Positions 51,070 through 61,508 of a DNA stretch of 64,000 nt are shown piece by piece. Every line of letters starts with the position of its first letter. Within the stretch, counting starts at the first letter, position 1. Under the pieces are notes generated by a model that searched no databases, was not told the origin of the DNA, and saw only the letters and a program-made list of their open reading frames with translations. The position numbers and the translations under genes are program-made. Source of the stretch: a virus; the IMG/VR virus record IMGVR_UViG_3300037804_000252, positions 24,700 to 88,699 of that record, one strand, 5' to 3'.

Positions 51070-52229
51070 TATAATCCTGTTTTAATTCTTGATGCTCTTT
51101 GTTTTCTTGCTCTAAACCTTGATAAAACCCCTCGTTTTTTTGTTTTCTTAGGATTTGGTTTTTTGAAAGTTGGAATAACTTCTTCTCTTGGAACTTCACC
51201 TTTTATTTTAATATCTAAAATAACTTCTTCTGGTTTTGTTTCTTTTGTTTTTGTTACCATTACTTCACCTCGTTTAGGGTTAATAGTAACATCACTTGTT
51301 CTATTACTTATTACACTACCAACTTTGTCAAAACTTTCATCAAACACATTGTCTACCTCTGTTTGAGTTTGTATTGTTCGTGTAGGTAAATATCTTTCAA
51401 TACACTCTATTAATATTTTTTGTGCTATTTTGAATACATCTTGTTTGTTATATCCAGTAGATGCAGGTGTTTGTTTTGGTTTTCCAAAGTTAACATCATT
51501 TATAGAAGAGACTCTATTTGAAAATTCATTTTTCATCGCTTCAGAAAATTTACTATAAAGTTGTGACATCAATCTATCGAATTCAGATATTCCAAATTCT
51601 GCTGTCATCTTGTTATACCACTTTTCACTATATGTATTTTTAATAAATAGGTCTATTTCCGAGGGTTTTATACTTTCGATGAATCTACCAATGGTTGAGA
51701 CAACATCATCTCTAAAACCTCTCCCATTTACAAATATATTAAATCGTTCTAATAAGTCTGTTTGTTTTGATGCTTTATTTTGAATTGGTAATAACTTTAC
51801 CTCAAGTCTTGATGGTGATATTTCTTTAATCCAAAGTTTTTCAGATTGACTATCATAACCAACTCTTTTATTTAACAAAGTTATTTGAGTTTTGAAAATA
51901 CCATTATTATATCCAGATTCTTTTATAAGTCTTTCAATATCAATAAAATACTCTTTTGGAAATTCTAATGCTTGAAATAGAGTTCCTTCGGGTATTAAAA
52001 TATAATCTCTAATATTATCGGATGATAGTTTTATATATCTTACCAACTTACCATCATTTCCTTGTGGTAGTTGATTATCATTTACATCATATAATATAAA
52101 CTCTATCATGTCAGAATCAGAAAACCCAAAAAATGATTGTAAGTTTCCCTTCTGAAAGATGTCTCTGTCTTTCGAGTTGATACGATATCCTTTATTATCT
52201 ATTATTTCCTTAAATGTTTTAATTGCCAT
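51069..52229 (-). CDS. Hypothetical baseplate-cluster protein
   Basis: 386 aa, LWIKEISPSRLEV motif, basic C-terminus. Confidence 0.5.
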   Translation of the reverse strand: MAIKTFKEIIDNKGYRINSKDRDIFQKGNLQSFFGFSDSDMIEFILYDVNDNQLPQGNDGKLVRYIKLSSDNIRDYILIPEGTLFQALEFPKEYFIDIERLIKESGYNNGIFKTQITLLNKRVGYDSQSEKLWIKEISPSRLEVKLLPIQNKASKQTDLLERFNIFVNGRGFRDDVVSTIGRFIESIKPSEIDLFIKNTYSEKWYNKMTAEFGISEFDRLMSQLYSKFSEAMKNEFSNRVSSINDVNFGKPKQTPASTGYNKQDVFKIAQKILIECIERYLPTRTIQTQTEVDNVFDESFDKVGSVISNRTSDVTINPKRGEVMVTKTKETKPEEVILDIKIKGEVPREEVIPTFKKPNPKKTKKRGVLSRFRARKQRASRIKTGL

Positions 52230-53308
52230 TATCCACCAGTTTTATCTTCACCTACAAATGCTTTAGCTACACCTTTACTACCCCACTTGTCTTTTCTTTT
52301 AACTTCTTTTCTATAATATGCTTTAAGTGATAACTTATCACCAGATGATGTGTTAATTGTAACAGTACCTTCCATTACTTTCTTTCTTGGTTTTGTTTTA
52401 CCAACAGCACTTACTTTATAAGTTACAGTTGTTACACCTGCACTTTGTTCAGTCCTTGCTGGTACTTTGAAAGAAGATGGAAATTCAATCCAATCTATAC
52501 CTTCCGATATTGTAAAAGTTTGTTCTTCGGTTGAGAAGTTAAAGAACGCAACACCCTTTTCACCATTCTTCCACTCAAAGTCATCATCGTTTTCAACATT
52601 AAAATAAATACCCTTTCTACCTTCATCTTTTACATCATTTGCTGATATCTTCCAACCACTATTTTCAGTTTGTTGAAAGAATCCATTTAATCCTTCTAAT
52701 GCGTTTTGTGCAGCGTTTTGTTTTTCTCTTTCTTCAGTTAATTCTTTTTGTACTCTGAACGATTCTTGTAATGCTTCAATTCTAGCAGTTAAAGAAACTC
52801 TTTCGATTGCTTCATTGATTGAGTTTTGTACTGCGTTTTGTAAATCAATTGTTGTTGTTGCAACTTGAGCATTAGCAATAGTTGCTTGTTCATCTGCAAC
52901 ATTTGCTTTTAATTTTTCATTATCTGCTTCTATTTTCAAAGATTCACTAACTATTTCTAATTCTGATACTTTAGCAGACAAATCATTGACCTCTACATTT
53001 AATTTTTGAACTTCTGCTGTTAAATCTTGAACCGATTGAGTTACTACATTATAAACTGAACGTAGTACTGTGTCTGGTCCTTGTACTGGTGTATTCGGTA
53101 TTAATTCAAATATACTTGTATCAATTGATTTTTTTAATTCTGATATGTCGTAGTTTGGTCTTGTCAGTTTTCCACTAATAACACCGTCACTCATATCTGA
53201 TTCTTTGAACAGACGCACTCCAGCAGAGTTTTTCTCGGTAATCACCAGAGAACCACTCTTCAAAATATCACCTACAAGGGCTTCATTTTTTAGACCAGTG
53301 TTTTTCAT
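52229..53308 (-). CDS. Hypothetical coiled-coil structural protein
   Basis: Long heptad region followed by an Ig-like beta domain. Confidence 0.5.
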   Translation of the reverse strand: MKNTGLKNEALVGDILKSGSLVITEKNSAGVRLFKESDMSDGVISGKLTRPNYDISELKKSIDTSIFELIPNTPVQGPDTVLRSVYNVVTQSVQDLTAEVQKLNVEVNDLSAKVSELEIVSESLKIEADNEKLKANVADEQATIANAQVATTTIDLQNAVQNSINEAIERVSLTARIEALQESFRVQKELTEEREKQNAAQNALEGLNGFFQQTENSGWKISANDVKDEGRKGIYFNVENDDDFEWKNGEKGVAFFNFSTEEQTFTISEGIDWIEFPSSFKVPARTEQSAGVTTVTYKVSAVGKTKPRKKVMEGTVTINTSSGDKLSLKAYYRKEVKRKDKWGSKGVAKAFVGEDKTGG

Positions 53309-53309
53309 A

Positions 53310-54377
53310 TTAACTTACTATCATAAAGGTGTAGTCATCATCAAAATAGTGCGATACACCACTAACAACGACCTTAAACATAATTTTGTATACTCTATCT
53401 ACCTCCCAATTACTAAGGTTCAAATTAAAATAGTTCCCATTGGAGTCACAACTAATTTTAGTGTAATCACTAAATGGAACTATAACATCATCACTATGAT
53501 AATCTGAAATTTGGTAGTATGTTGTTTCTGGTAGTACATTACTTAATGTGTATTGTGCTGTTGAACTAAATGTTTTTATTGGATATAATTCTCTACCAAC
53601 TACTCTTATTTTAGGGGTTGTGTTTACCTTGTATTCTTTCTTAAAATTTTTAATTCCTACTTTTAGTTCTTCGGTATCTAATACAGACAAAGAACCTGTT
53701 GAGAAACTTGCATCATCCCAACCTACTCTTATCTTTGGTTGGTGAATTGTATTTGTTTCTTTACTGAATAATCTTAATATACCGTAATCATTTGTGTCAG
53801 TTTCTTTATCAAACGGAAACTTCAATATTATTCCATCGTTTGGAATAGAACCACTAATCCAATCATCCATTATATCTTTTATATCCATGTGTACATCATT
53901 CGTTTTGTATTCGAATAATTGAGTTGAATATACATTAGAATAAAATGTTCCACCCTTTCCTTCGTAAGAACCAGTTGAATTAGATTCAAATGAATTGTTA
54001 GGTAACCATCTTAGTGTTGAGTCACCCTCTCTATTGTTCCAAGTTACACCAGATGTTGTAATATCATCAAACCGAGTACCATTACCCATTTCCCAACTTT
54101 GTGAAATTGGATATGCTTGTAATGTAAATTCTAATGGTAGTTCTTCTGATTCAGTTTCCTTTAATATAAGGGTTGCGTCTGACATTGATACTGCTCCATT
54201 AGAGATACTCTCAGATAATGGTTCTATATCGAATTTAAGGAGTGTTCTCGACACATCCTTAACATTACCATAGTAAACCTTACTAACCTCTAATACCTCA
54301 TCTAAACCACAATTTTGGTTGGGTTGTTGTAAGTACACCGATGCATCTTTTGATGCTGTTAAAAAATAGTATGCCAT
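53310..54377 (-). CDS. Structural protein with DNRLRE-like domain
   Basis: KDASVY...NCGLDE, SRTLLKFD, SWEMG...VTW and FSKET...PKI pattern. Confidence 0.55.
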   Translation of the reverse strand: MAYYFLTASKDASVYLQQPNQNCGLDEVLEVSKVYYGNVKDVSRTLLKFDIEPLSESISNGAVSMSDATLILKETESEELPLEFTLQAYPISQSWEMGNGTRFDDITTSGVTWNNREGDSTLRWLPNNSFESNSTGSYEGKGGTFYSNVYSTQLFEYKTNDVHMDIKDIMDDWISGSIPNDGIILKFPFDKETDTNDYGILRLFSKETNTIHQPKIRVGWDDASFSTGSLSVLDTEELKVGIKNFKKEYKVNTTPKIRVVGRELYPIKTFSSTAQYTLSNVLPETTYYQISDYHSDDVIVPFSDYTKISCDSNGNYFNLNLSNWEVDRVYKIMFKVVVSGVSHYFDDDYTFMIVS

Positions 54378-56410
54378 TATCTTGCCCTCCCTTTTATATC
54401 CACATCTGGAAATTTAACTTCAAAAACTGATGGGTCTAAAGATGGATATACAATCTTATCTTTAGTTGCCGATTCTATGTTGTATGAATTTGGTGCGTAT
54501 CTACCACCACACTTATTTACAATCTTTAATTTTGGTACTGAACTAACTCCCTCTACATTTGCTACTACAAGTTCTAGTTCAGAAATATTAATAGTATTAT
54601 TAAAAGTCCAATCATCTATTTGAAAGTAATTTTTTAATTCAGAAATACAATCAGATAATACCTCACTTTTATTGTAGTCTTTGTAAGTAATAATTTCAAA
54701 CTCAACTCCTACGTTTATAACGAACCCATCTAAAATGTTTATTCCATCGGTTAGGATTTTATATTCATTCAAATATGTTTTAAGATTTTCTTTAACTGCT
54801 CTATTAAGAGAGGTAAGTCTTTTTGAATCATCATATCCTAGTAAATATAAGTTAATAGCAAATGGATTATTTTTTTCATTATCGTTTGATGTCTTACCAA
54901 TTAAAAATTGTCTAATTTCTTCTTGTATACTTTCTCTGTTTGGTTCTTCCTCATCTGGTTTGTCTACAAATGATTGTACTAAATCGGTAAATTCATTTAA
55001 TGCGTTTGGTGATGCAAGAATTGATGATGGTGAATTATTATCTAAACTACCATCAGATGTTGCATATGCTTTTGTAATCGAACCATACTTGACCGGCATA
55101 GATAATGTTCTAATTTGATAATCTTTAGCAGTTACTGCTCTATTTTGTGAACCAAAGTTTGCTAATGCGTTTTGTCTTATTTCTTCAACCGTTTCTCCGT
55201 CTCTACCACCACTACCAGGAATTTCATTATCAACTGCGATAGAAGTTTTTGCACTATTATAAATTGACAATTCAACAGGACTAAATAATTGAGTATCTTC
55301 TTCAAACTCAACCGAAGAAATGTTTGTTAGTACTCCTTTTTTAACATTTGACTCTACACCCCCTCCAACTAAATACTTTACGGTAATAGTTGTATTAGAT
55401 GGTGATGTTCCATATGTTTTAGTTTTTAAGAAGTTAGTTGAATCAAATGATGCTTCTAATTTAGAAATAGAATTGGGTAATCCTAATCCAACATTTTTTA
55501 AGGTTGGTATTAATGTTTCATCACTTGCTGATGGGTCACCACTACCAAACTGAATTGTTGTTGTACTATCACCATTTATTTTTTTAACAAATCGTTTTGG
55601 TGTCTTCAATGTAGTTAAGACATAAGGTACAGTTGTTTTGAATTGATATAAGTCAGGGTCATTGTTTTCTGTATTTGGATAATCGGTAAATATCATTTCT
55701 TGTCCAAGGTAAGGAACTTCATACCATTTATTTCCATTAGAATCTCTAACATCATATATGTCAATTACATCTGTATCAGAAATTTCTATTGTTCTAAATG
55801 GAGAATATCCACCAAACGAAAATTCTGCTGTTCTTACTTCTGCGGAAATTGCTTCAACATATTTTTTAACTAAATAAAAAGAAACTTCACCAGTCGTATT
55901 GTCAGTAGAATAAATTGTTACTTCTCTATCCGATGGGTCTGAAAAATCCACAACATCTTGTGTTATAAAATTATTTTCATTTTCATCTCTAACCTGCATT
56001 CCTTCTTTTATTTTTAGTAAATAATTTGAATCCACTGTGTTATCCACACCAGTTCCAATAGATGGAACTAATTGATAAACAGAAAGAGTTGTTACCGAAG
56101 GAGATGTTACTTTTGGTTTGTATCCTAAATATTGTGAAAGTGATATTACATTTTCAATATCTTCTGCGTGAACCATTAATGATTCTTTCAGTGTATCATC
56201 AATGTAGTAAGATAGTGAGTCACCAATATAAGATGCCATTTCTATGAACATCATACCTGGTGATGATTCATTAAAGTCAGAATAGGTAGTTGGGAAATAA
56301 GTTTTAGCAAACTCAATTAGATTTCCTCTAAATTGAGCAAAATCTTTATTAAGATACTTAATATCTTTACCCCTATTCTTAAAGTTTTTTGTTGATTTTG
56401 TTATTGCCAT
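54377..56410 (-). CDS. Baseplate wedge subunit, T4 gp6/baseplate J-like
   Basis: DFNESSPGMMFIEMASY, LGYKP, IQFGSG and QNRAVTAKDY motifs. Confidence 0.88.
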   Translation of the reverse strand: MAITKSTKNFKNRGKDIKYLNKDFAQFRGNLIEFAKTYFPTTYSDFNESSPGMMFIEMASYIGDSLSYYIDDTLKESLMVHAEDIENVISLSQYLGYKPKVTSPSVTTLSVYQLVPSIGTGVDNTVDSNYLLKIKEGMQVRDENENNFITQDVVDFSDPSDREVTIYSTDNTTGEVSFYLVKKYVEAISAEVRTAEFSFGGYSPFRTIEISDTDVIDIYDVRDSNGNKWYEVPYLGQEMIFTDYPNTENNDPDLYQFKTTVPYVLTTLKTPKRFVKKINGDSTTTIQFGSGDPSASDETLIPTLKNVGLGLPNSISKLEASFDSTNFLKTKTYGTSPSNTTITVKYLVGGGVESNVKKGVLTNISSVEFEEDTQLFSPVELSIYNSAKTSIAVDNEIPGSGGRDGETVEEIRQNALANFGSQNRAVTAKDYQIRTLSMPVKYGSITKAYATSDGSLDNNSPSSILASPNALNEFTDLVQSFVDKPDEEEPNRESIQEEIRQFLIGKTSNDNEKNNPFAINLYLLGYDDSKRLTSLNRAVKENLKTYLNEYKILTDGINILDGFVINVGVEFEIITYKDYNKSEVLSDCISELKNYFQIDDWTFNNTINISELELVVANVEGVSSVPKLKIVNKCGGRYAPNSYNIESATKDKIVYPSLDPSVFEVKFPDVDIKGRAR

Positions 56411-56415
56411 AATTA

Positions 56416-56844
56416 TTACCCCTGTGTAGTGAATGTTACTTCATTCAAATCTATTGAGTTTCCTACTCTAAATTTTATTGAAACATTTACTTTATTACTA
56501 TCTTTAAGTTCATCCGTTTGTTCAATGTCTATTTCATCTATATTAACAAATGGTAACCATTGAGAAATACTATCTTCTATTGTTGATTGTATCTTTTCTT
56601 CTAAGTCATCTACATTTTGTTCAAATAATAATTCTTGCAGTCCACTTCCAAATTGAGGTTGCATAATTCGTTCACCTCGTTTAGTAAGAAGTAAATTTTT
56701 TATATTAGATTTAACTTGCTCAAATGTTGTAAAGGTTTGTTGAAAAGCAGTATTACCAATTTGTATTGGTAATGATATACCAATAGCATAATTACTATAC
56801 TCTTTAGTATCTTTTACTATTTTTGAACCTAACTCTATTGCCAT
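56416..56844 (-). CDS. Baseplate protein, gp25/GPW-like
   Basis: NLLLTKRGERIMQPQFGSGL...WLPFV. Confidence 0.9.
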   Translation of the reverse strand: MAIELGSKIVKDTKEYSNYAIGISLPIQIGNTAFQQTFTTFEQVKSNIKNLLLTKRGERIMQPQFGSGLQELLFEQNVDDLEEKIQSTIEDSISQWLPFVNIDEIDIEQTDELKDSNKVNVSIKFRVGNSIDLNEVTFTTQG

Positions 56845-56850
56845 GATATA

Positions 56851-57384
56851 TTACATTCCTGGTCTCCATGGACCTTTCTTTTTTTCCATTGCTTTAATAA
56901 GTTCTGAATTATCTCTATTCAAAACTCTATCCAAACCTGCTAATCCAGTTGTAACTCCTAAACCTTGCTTTTTAGGTCCTCCTGGTTGCATATCCCCATA
57001 TCCCATTTTTTGTGCTATACTTTGAGCACCTAATGTGTGTGTTGATGATGTGTCAAACTTCATTGTACCAGATGATACTTCAGTTGGTGCACCAGTATAT
57101 GTTTGTGCGTCTGAAGTACTAAATGGTTTTGTTTGTTGTAACACTTCATTCAATACAGGATTGTTGCTTAACTTTTTATTTGTATGAATTGGTTGTTCTG
57201 AAACTTCCTCTTCCATAAATGTTGGTTGTTTTGGTGTTGAAATTGCTTGTTTAAGTTGTTTGTTTTCTTTTAACAACTTTGCCATTTCTTTCTTTACACC
57301 TTCCTTAACCAGTTTAGGAATAATCGTTTTGATTTCTTCCTTAACTATAATTTGTATTGCTTTAACTAATTTATCAGTATCCAT
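56851..57384 (-). CDS. Hypothetical protein
   Basis: 177 aa; NPVLNEVL and RDNSELIKAM; late box 57408-57415. Confidence 0.55.
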   Translation of the reverse strand: MDTDKLVKAIQIIVKEEIKTIIPKLVKEGVKKEMAKLLKENKQLKQAISTPKQPTFMEEEVSEQPIHTNKKLSNNPVLNEVLQQTKPFSTSDAQTYTGAPTEVSSGTMKFDTSSTHTLGAQSIAQKMGYGDMQPGGPKKQGLGVTTGLAGLDRVLNRDNSELIKAMEKKKGPWRPGM

Positions 57385-57437
57385 CGTATAAAATGTTTTC
57401 CTTTCTATATAAATATTTGTTTTAGGTTTTTTCGTTT

Positions 57438-58292
57438 TTAATCACAATGTACATCTTCTGCTATTAGTTGTCTTCTAAAGTCATTGATGTACTGGTCTAC
57501 ATTAAATGCATAAAGTTCATCATCTGGTAGTGATGCTTTTACTACATTTTGTAATGAGGTATCTCCACTGAGTAAATCGGTTACACTATCATCTTCTACA
57601 TATTCAGTTTGTGTATTTGATAATTGATTCAATTCAGAAACAACATCACTATCCGATTGTTGGATTACAGGTGGTTCACTTCCATCTTGAGATGGAAAGT
57701 TTATATTTGGAATAGGAATAGATGGTGGTACTATATACCCACTCCACACTATAACACCAGGTGATGGTATTGGTGATGGTACTGATGGGTATAATGATGT
57801 TGTTTGTATAATTCCACTAATTGAAAACAAGTGTACAATTGCTGCTAATACAAACATATTAACCATTATAATTTGTTTACTAGCAGGTTTAATTGGTGGA
57901 TATATAGGCCAAACACCTGGTGATGTTACGATATTAGAGTTTACTTGTAAATTTTGTATCGAACCTGGAGCAGGTATTAGTGGTATTGGGAATGGTCTCA
58001 TTTGTGCTCCTGACCAATATGCTTTGACCCCATTACCAAATTCGTTTACCAAAGAAAACGGGGCACCAGGTGGAGAGGTTACTCCCTTTAACAATGCTGC
58101 TCTAAAAAGAGTTTTCATTATTTCTAAATTACCTGTTTGAATTGATTCTAAATTAATAAAATCCTTTCCTCGTTTTACTGCGGCATCATATTCAGTTGCC
58201 CAAACAGTTGCAACCTCATTTATATCCAATGAGGGGTTTCTGTTTGGATTAGTTTTTCGTAGTACATTCCGTGTGAATAAAGACCAAGACAT
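57438..58292 (-). CDS. Hypothetical Pro-rich baseplate-cluster protein
   Basis: 284 aa ORF in operon downstream of the gp5-like gene. Confidence 0.5.
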   Translation of the reverse strand: MSWSLFTRNVLRKTNPNRNPSLDINEVATVWATEYDAAVKRGKDFINLESIQTGNLEIMKTLFRAALLKGVTSPPGAPFSLVNEFGNGVKAYWSGAQMRPFPIPLIPAPGSIQNLQVNSNIVTSPGVWPIYPPIKPASKQIIMVNMFVLAAIVHLFSISGIIQTTSLYPSVPSPIPSPGVIVWSGYIVPPSIPIPNINFPSQDGSEPPVIQQSDSDVVSELNQLSNTQTEYVEDDSVTDLLSGDTSLQNVVKASLPDDELYAFNVDQYINDFRRQLIAEDVHCD

Positions 58293-58297
58293 TTTTT

Positions 58298-58714
58298 TTA
58301 ATTTATTAAATCTGTTGGGTTTGGTACTTCAGGTATTGGAGGTAAATCTGGAATATTTGGTATACTCGGAATCTCCGGTATTGGTGGTAAGTTAGGTGGG
58401 GTTGGTGGTTTTGGTAACCCCTTTTTCTTTTTAGGATTTTCGGGTGGAGTTTCCACCTTTTGTTTTCTTCGTTTAGGAAAACTAGGTAAAGGTATTTTAG
58501 GTAACTTTGGTAACTTAGGTTTTTGTATTTTAGGTAACTCAGGAACCTCAGGTAGTGTGGTGGGTATTGAACTTACAACATCACCAACTTGTCCTGTTAC
58601 ACCAGATATATCACTAATTACATTACCTGCTGCACCAGTAGCAGCATCAGTAATACCACCAGTGGTTTCTCTTACTGAACCCAATCTTCCCTTTAAGTCA
58701 TCGTTTATTGCCAT
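58298..58714 (-). CDS. Pro-rich low-complexity protein (PxxPxxP repeats)
   Basis: 138 aa, LPEVPELPKI...IPEIPSIPNIPDLP. Confidence 0.5.
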   Translation of the reverse strand: MAINDDLKGRLGSVRETTGGITDAATGAAGNVISDISGVTGQVGDVVSSIPTTLPEVPELPKIQKPKLPKLPKIPLPSFPKRRKQKVETPPENPKKKKGLPKPPTPPNLPPIPEIPSIPNIPDLPPIPEVPNPTDLIN

Positions 58715-58715
58715 A

Positions 58716-59939
58716 CTATTTTAATTGTACTGTCTTACTTAGTGCGTTGTTTAATTCTAGAATTAGTGAATTTAATCGTGTTTTATTAGTTGCACCAGGT
58801 GCAGTTTGTCCTGCGGGAGTAATCATTATTTGTTGACCTACTATTTCCATAAACTCCCTAAGAATATCCAATAGAACATTTCCCTTTAATGCAAAATCTA
58901 ATTCACCATCAGTTCCTAAATTAATTTTACCATTACCAATGTCAATACTAAATACTCTATCTTTGGTATCAACGAATATGTTGTTATCTGTGGTTATATT
59001 AATACCATTAGTTGCGTCTAAAGAAAGTTTCCCATCGGTTATCATTCCAATGTTTCTTTTTCCAACAATAATCATATCTTCGGTTTTTGCTGAAAGTATA
59101 ACTCTATCCGAATTTAATAATATTTGATTTCCTATCAACTCAGATGGGTAATCGTAAAATGATTCAAATACGTTGGTAGTTGGTAATGTGTAATTTAACT
59201 TTTTTTCTCCACTACTTAATGCAATTATACTACCATCAGTATTGATATCTTCTTCAGTAGAACTTGAAACTGCTTTTTTAAGAGATTCTGGGTTTTCACC
59301 ATTTCTAATTATAATACTCGGAGAAAATGTATTCTTGGAATTATTAAATCCACTGAGTCTAATTGATTGACCAAAACGAGATTCCATTAAACTATCTCCT
59401 TCATACAATCTTAGTTTGTGTATTATACTCCCTTTTGGTAAAGTGGTAAAATAATCACCATAACCATCATAAGAAGTTTGATTATTAGTTCCAGATGCTC
59501 TTGGGATTTTTGTCTTTTGAACGTTACTATAATTTTTAGAATTTGAAGTACCCTTAGAATCACCAGAGGGAAATTTTGTACTAATTAAATTTGGTATTGC
59601 ATTTACAAGTGGAGTTGCTTCATCAGCAAGTCTTGTATAATAGTAATCTCCAGAATTTTCGTAAATAAAAACCTGCTCGTTTCGTGTAGGAACAGTATTA
59701 ACATTTTTATTTACAGGATATGCGATTGGAAGTAGTGCATCGGGTGTTGTTTTATCAGTAAGTAATCTAAATTGAACTGCTCCGATAGCAAAAGTTCCTT
59801 GTATATGTTTAGACCTTAGTAGTTCATCCGTTTCTTCTAATATAACTTTATAAACCACACCTTGATTAGAAACTGGTTTAGGAGTTATATTGGTTGATAG
59901 TGTATTAGATGTTGATATTCTTCCAGCTGCTAACCCCAT
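58716..59939 (-). CDS. Baseplate hub/spike protein, gp5-like (no lysozyme domain seen)
   Basis: OB-fold-like N-terminus, EGD...ESRFGQSIRL, GNQILLNSDRVILSAK and beta-helix-like C-terminus. Confidence 0.62.
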   Translation of the reverse strand: MGLAAGRISTSNTLSTNITPKPVSNQGVVYKVILEETDELLRSKHIQGTFAIGAVQFRLLTDKTTPDALLPIAYPVNKNVNTVPTRNEQVFIYENSGDYYYTRLADEATPLVNAIPNLISTKFPSGDSKGTSNSKNYSNVQKTKIPRASGTNNQTSYDGYGDYFTTLPKGSIIHKLRLYEGDSLMESRFGQSIRLSGFNNSKNTFSPSIIIRNGENPESLKKAVSSSTEEDINTDGSIIALSSGEKKLNYTLPTTNVFESFYDYPSELIGNQILLNSDRVILSAKTEDMIIVGKRNIGMITDGKLSLDATNGINITTDNNIFVDTKDRVFSIDIGNGKINLGTDGELDFALKGNVLLDILREFMEIVGQQIMITPAGQTAPGATNKTRLNSLILELNNALSKTVQLK

Positions 59940-59940
59940 C

Positions 59941-60336
59941 TTAACTTTCTATTTTTTGTTTTACTTCCTCTATTTCATTTTGAATATCATCGATTTTTGC
60001 AACTTCATCTTGAACTTGTTCAATCTCTGAAAGTAATTGTTCTCTTTCGGCATCCGTAAGATATCCAGTATCTCCTTCTGATTTTTGATTGGATGCAATA
60101 ATTCTTTGTGCGATAGTTGCTAACTTAACCAACTGGTCATCGTTACGAACTGATGTATCAATTAAGTCTTTGATGACTGGACCTAAGATTCCCATATCAC
60201 CATTATGCCTAATCATTTTTCTGATTTCAAAAATTACTTCTGAAATGTGTTTCTTTTTATTTATTTGATTGTTGTAGATATCCTCAAACAACCCACTAAG
60301 GTTTTTTCCTGGGAATAATTCGAAATCTGTTGCCAT
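59941..60336 (-). CDS. Hypothetical helical protein
   Basis: 131 aa; late box 60365-60372 upstream. Confidence 0.55.
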   Translation of the reverse strand: MATDFELFPGKNLSGLFEDIYNNQINKKKHISEVIFEIRKMIRHNGDMGILGPVIKDLIDTSVRNDDQLVKLATIAQRIIASNQKSEGDTGYLTDAEREQLLSEIEQVQDEVAKIDDIQNEIEEVKQKIES

Positions 60337-60394
60337 AATTAGTTTATCAATATTGTGTTCAATATATAAATATCAATAAACAAAAAAGTGGGTT

Positions 60395-60925
60395 TTATTT
60401 GTTCTTATAGAAGTACTCAAGAATATCCTTTTCCAACATATAATCCATTACAAAGTTATCACCATACATAATACTGGTAAATGTTCCTGTACCTTCTTCG
60501 GTAATTTCAATTACATAGTCTACCTCATTATAAGTAACCTCATAACTTTCGGATTTTCTAACTCGTTTAATACTCCTATGTTCATCGGTTCTTTCAATAA
60601 CTTCCCTATCACTTAAATCGGGAACATTAATAAGTTTGGTTACACACTTAGCATAATTCGTTTTAAGAGTGTCTACGAAGAAGATATCATTCATACTACT
60701 CATTAGATACAATCGTTGTTTAGAATCCAAACCACCTGCCTTAAAATTACCTGTGAACTGAACGATGGGTAGTTTTAATAAAAAGTTTTGTGTATCTTCT
60801 CGTAGGGTATTAAAATCTACGATAGAACTGATATGATGTGGTTCTGATACTTCTCTATCAAATGGTATGGATAATACATCATAGTAAGTTTCCACACTAA
60901 CTTTATCTATGATTTGAGAACTCAT
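60395..60925 (-). CDS. Hypothetical protein, last gene of the kinase operon
   Basis: 176 aa, starts 2 nt after the previous stop. Confidence 0.55.
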   Translation of the reverse strand: MSSQIIDKVSVETYYDVLSIPFDREVSEPHHISSIVDFNTLREDTQNFLLKLPIVQFTGNFKAGGLDSKQRLYLMSSMNDIFFVDTLKTNYAKCVTKLINVPDLSDREVIERTDEHRSIKRVRKSESYEVTYNEVDYVIEITEEGTGTFTSIMYGDNFVMDYMLEKDILEYFYKNK

Positions 60926-60927
60926 CT

Positions 60928-61500
60928 TTATTCTTTTTCAGTTGCGTACTTTACACCCATAATCGTACCAACGATTGAGAATGCGTTAGTTAAGAGAATA
61001 CCGAACATATTACTCCAAGTAGAACCTATGATTTGTGTATCAGTACCAGAAATTAATGCTAAACCATACATAACAGTTGTAAGAACACCAACACCAACAA
61101 TTACATAAAGTGCAACTTTTACAATTGTACTGATTAACTCAAATTGTGTTTTCTTTTGCATTAGTTCCAAATCTTCTAATGCTTTATCCTTTCCTTCTTC
61201 GGCTTCTTCTTTCAGTTGGTTTGCTTCTTCCAATGCTACTTTGAGTTCTTCCATCAAAGCATCATTTTCTTCTTGTTTAGCAACTAACTCTTTGTTTTGT
61301 TTTTGAACTTGTTTGGTAACTTGTAATCTTTTTCTACGAGCAGTAGAATCCTTTTCTTTACATAATTTAAGGTATTCCTCAAACTCGGTATCCCCATCGG
61401 GTGCTTTTAAGAGTTTAAGGAAATTTCCTTCAACATAAACTTTCTTTTTCTTAACAACACCTAATAGGATATCTCTGGTATGTTTCGTAACCTCAATCAT
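60928..61500 (-). CDS. Coiled-coil protein with two C-terminal transmembrane helices
   Basis: Charged heptads then VALYVIVGVGVLTTVMYGLALI and MFGILLTNAFSIVGTIMGV. Confidence 0.65.
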   Translation of the reverse strand: MIEVTKHTRDILLGVVKKKKVYVEGNFLKLLKAPDGDTEFEEYLKLCKEKDSTARRKRLQVTKQVQKQNKELVAKQEENDALMEELKVALEEANQLKEEAEEGKDKALEDLELMQKKTQFELISTIVKVALYVIVGVGVLTTVMYGLALISGTDTQIIGSTWSNMFGILLTNAFSIVGTIMGVKYATEKE

Positions 61501-61508
61501 TGTAAAAC

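Noticed and set aside
59941-60336. Small terminase subunit
   Set aside because: Helical and right size, but no recognisable motif and far from the large subunit
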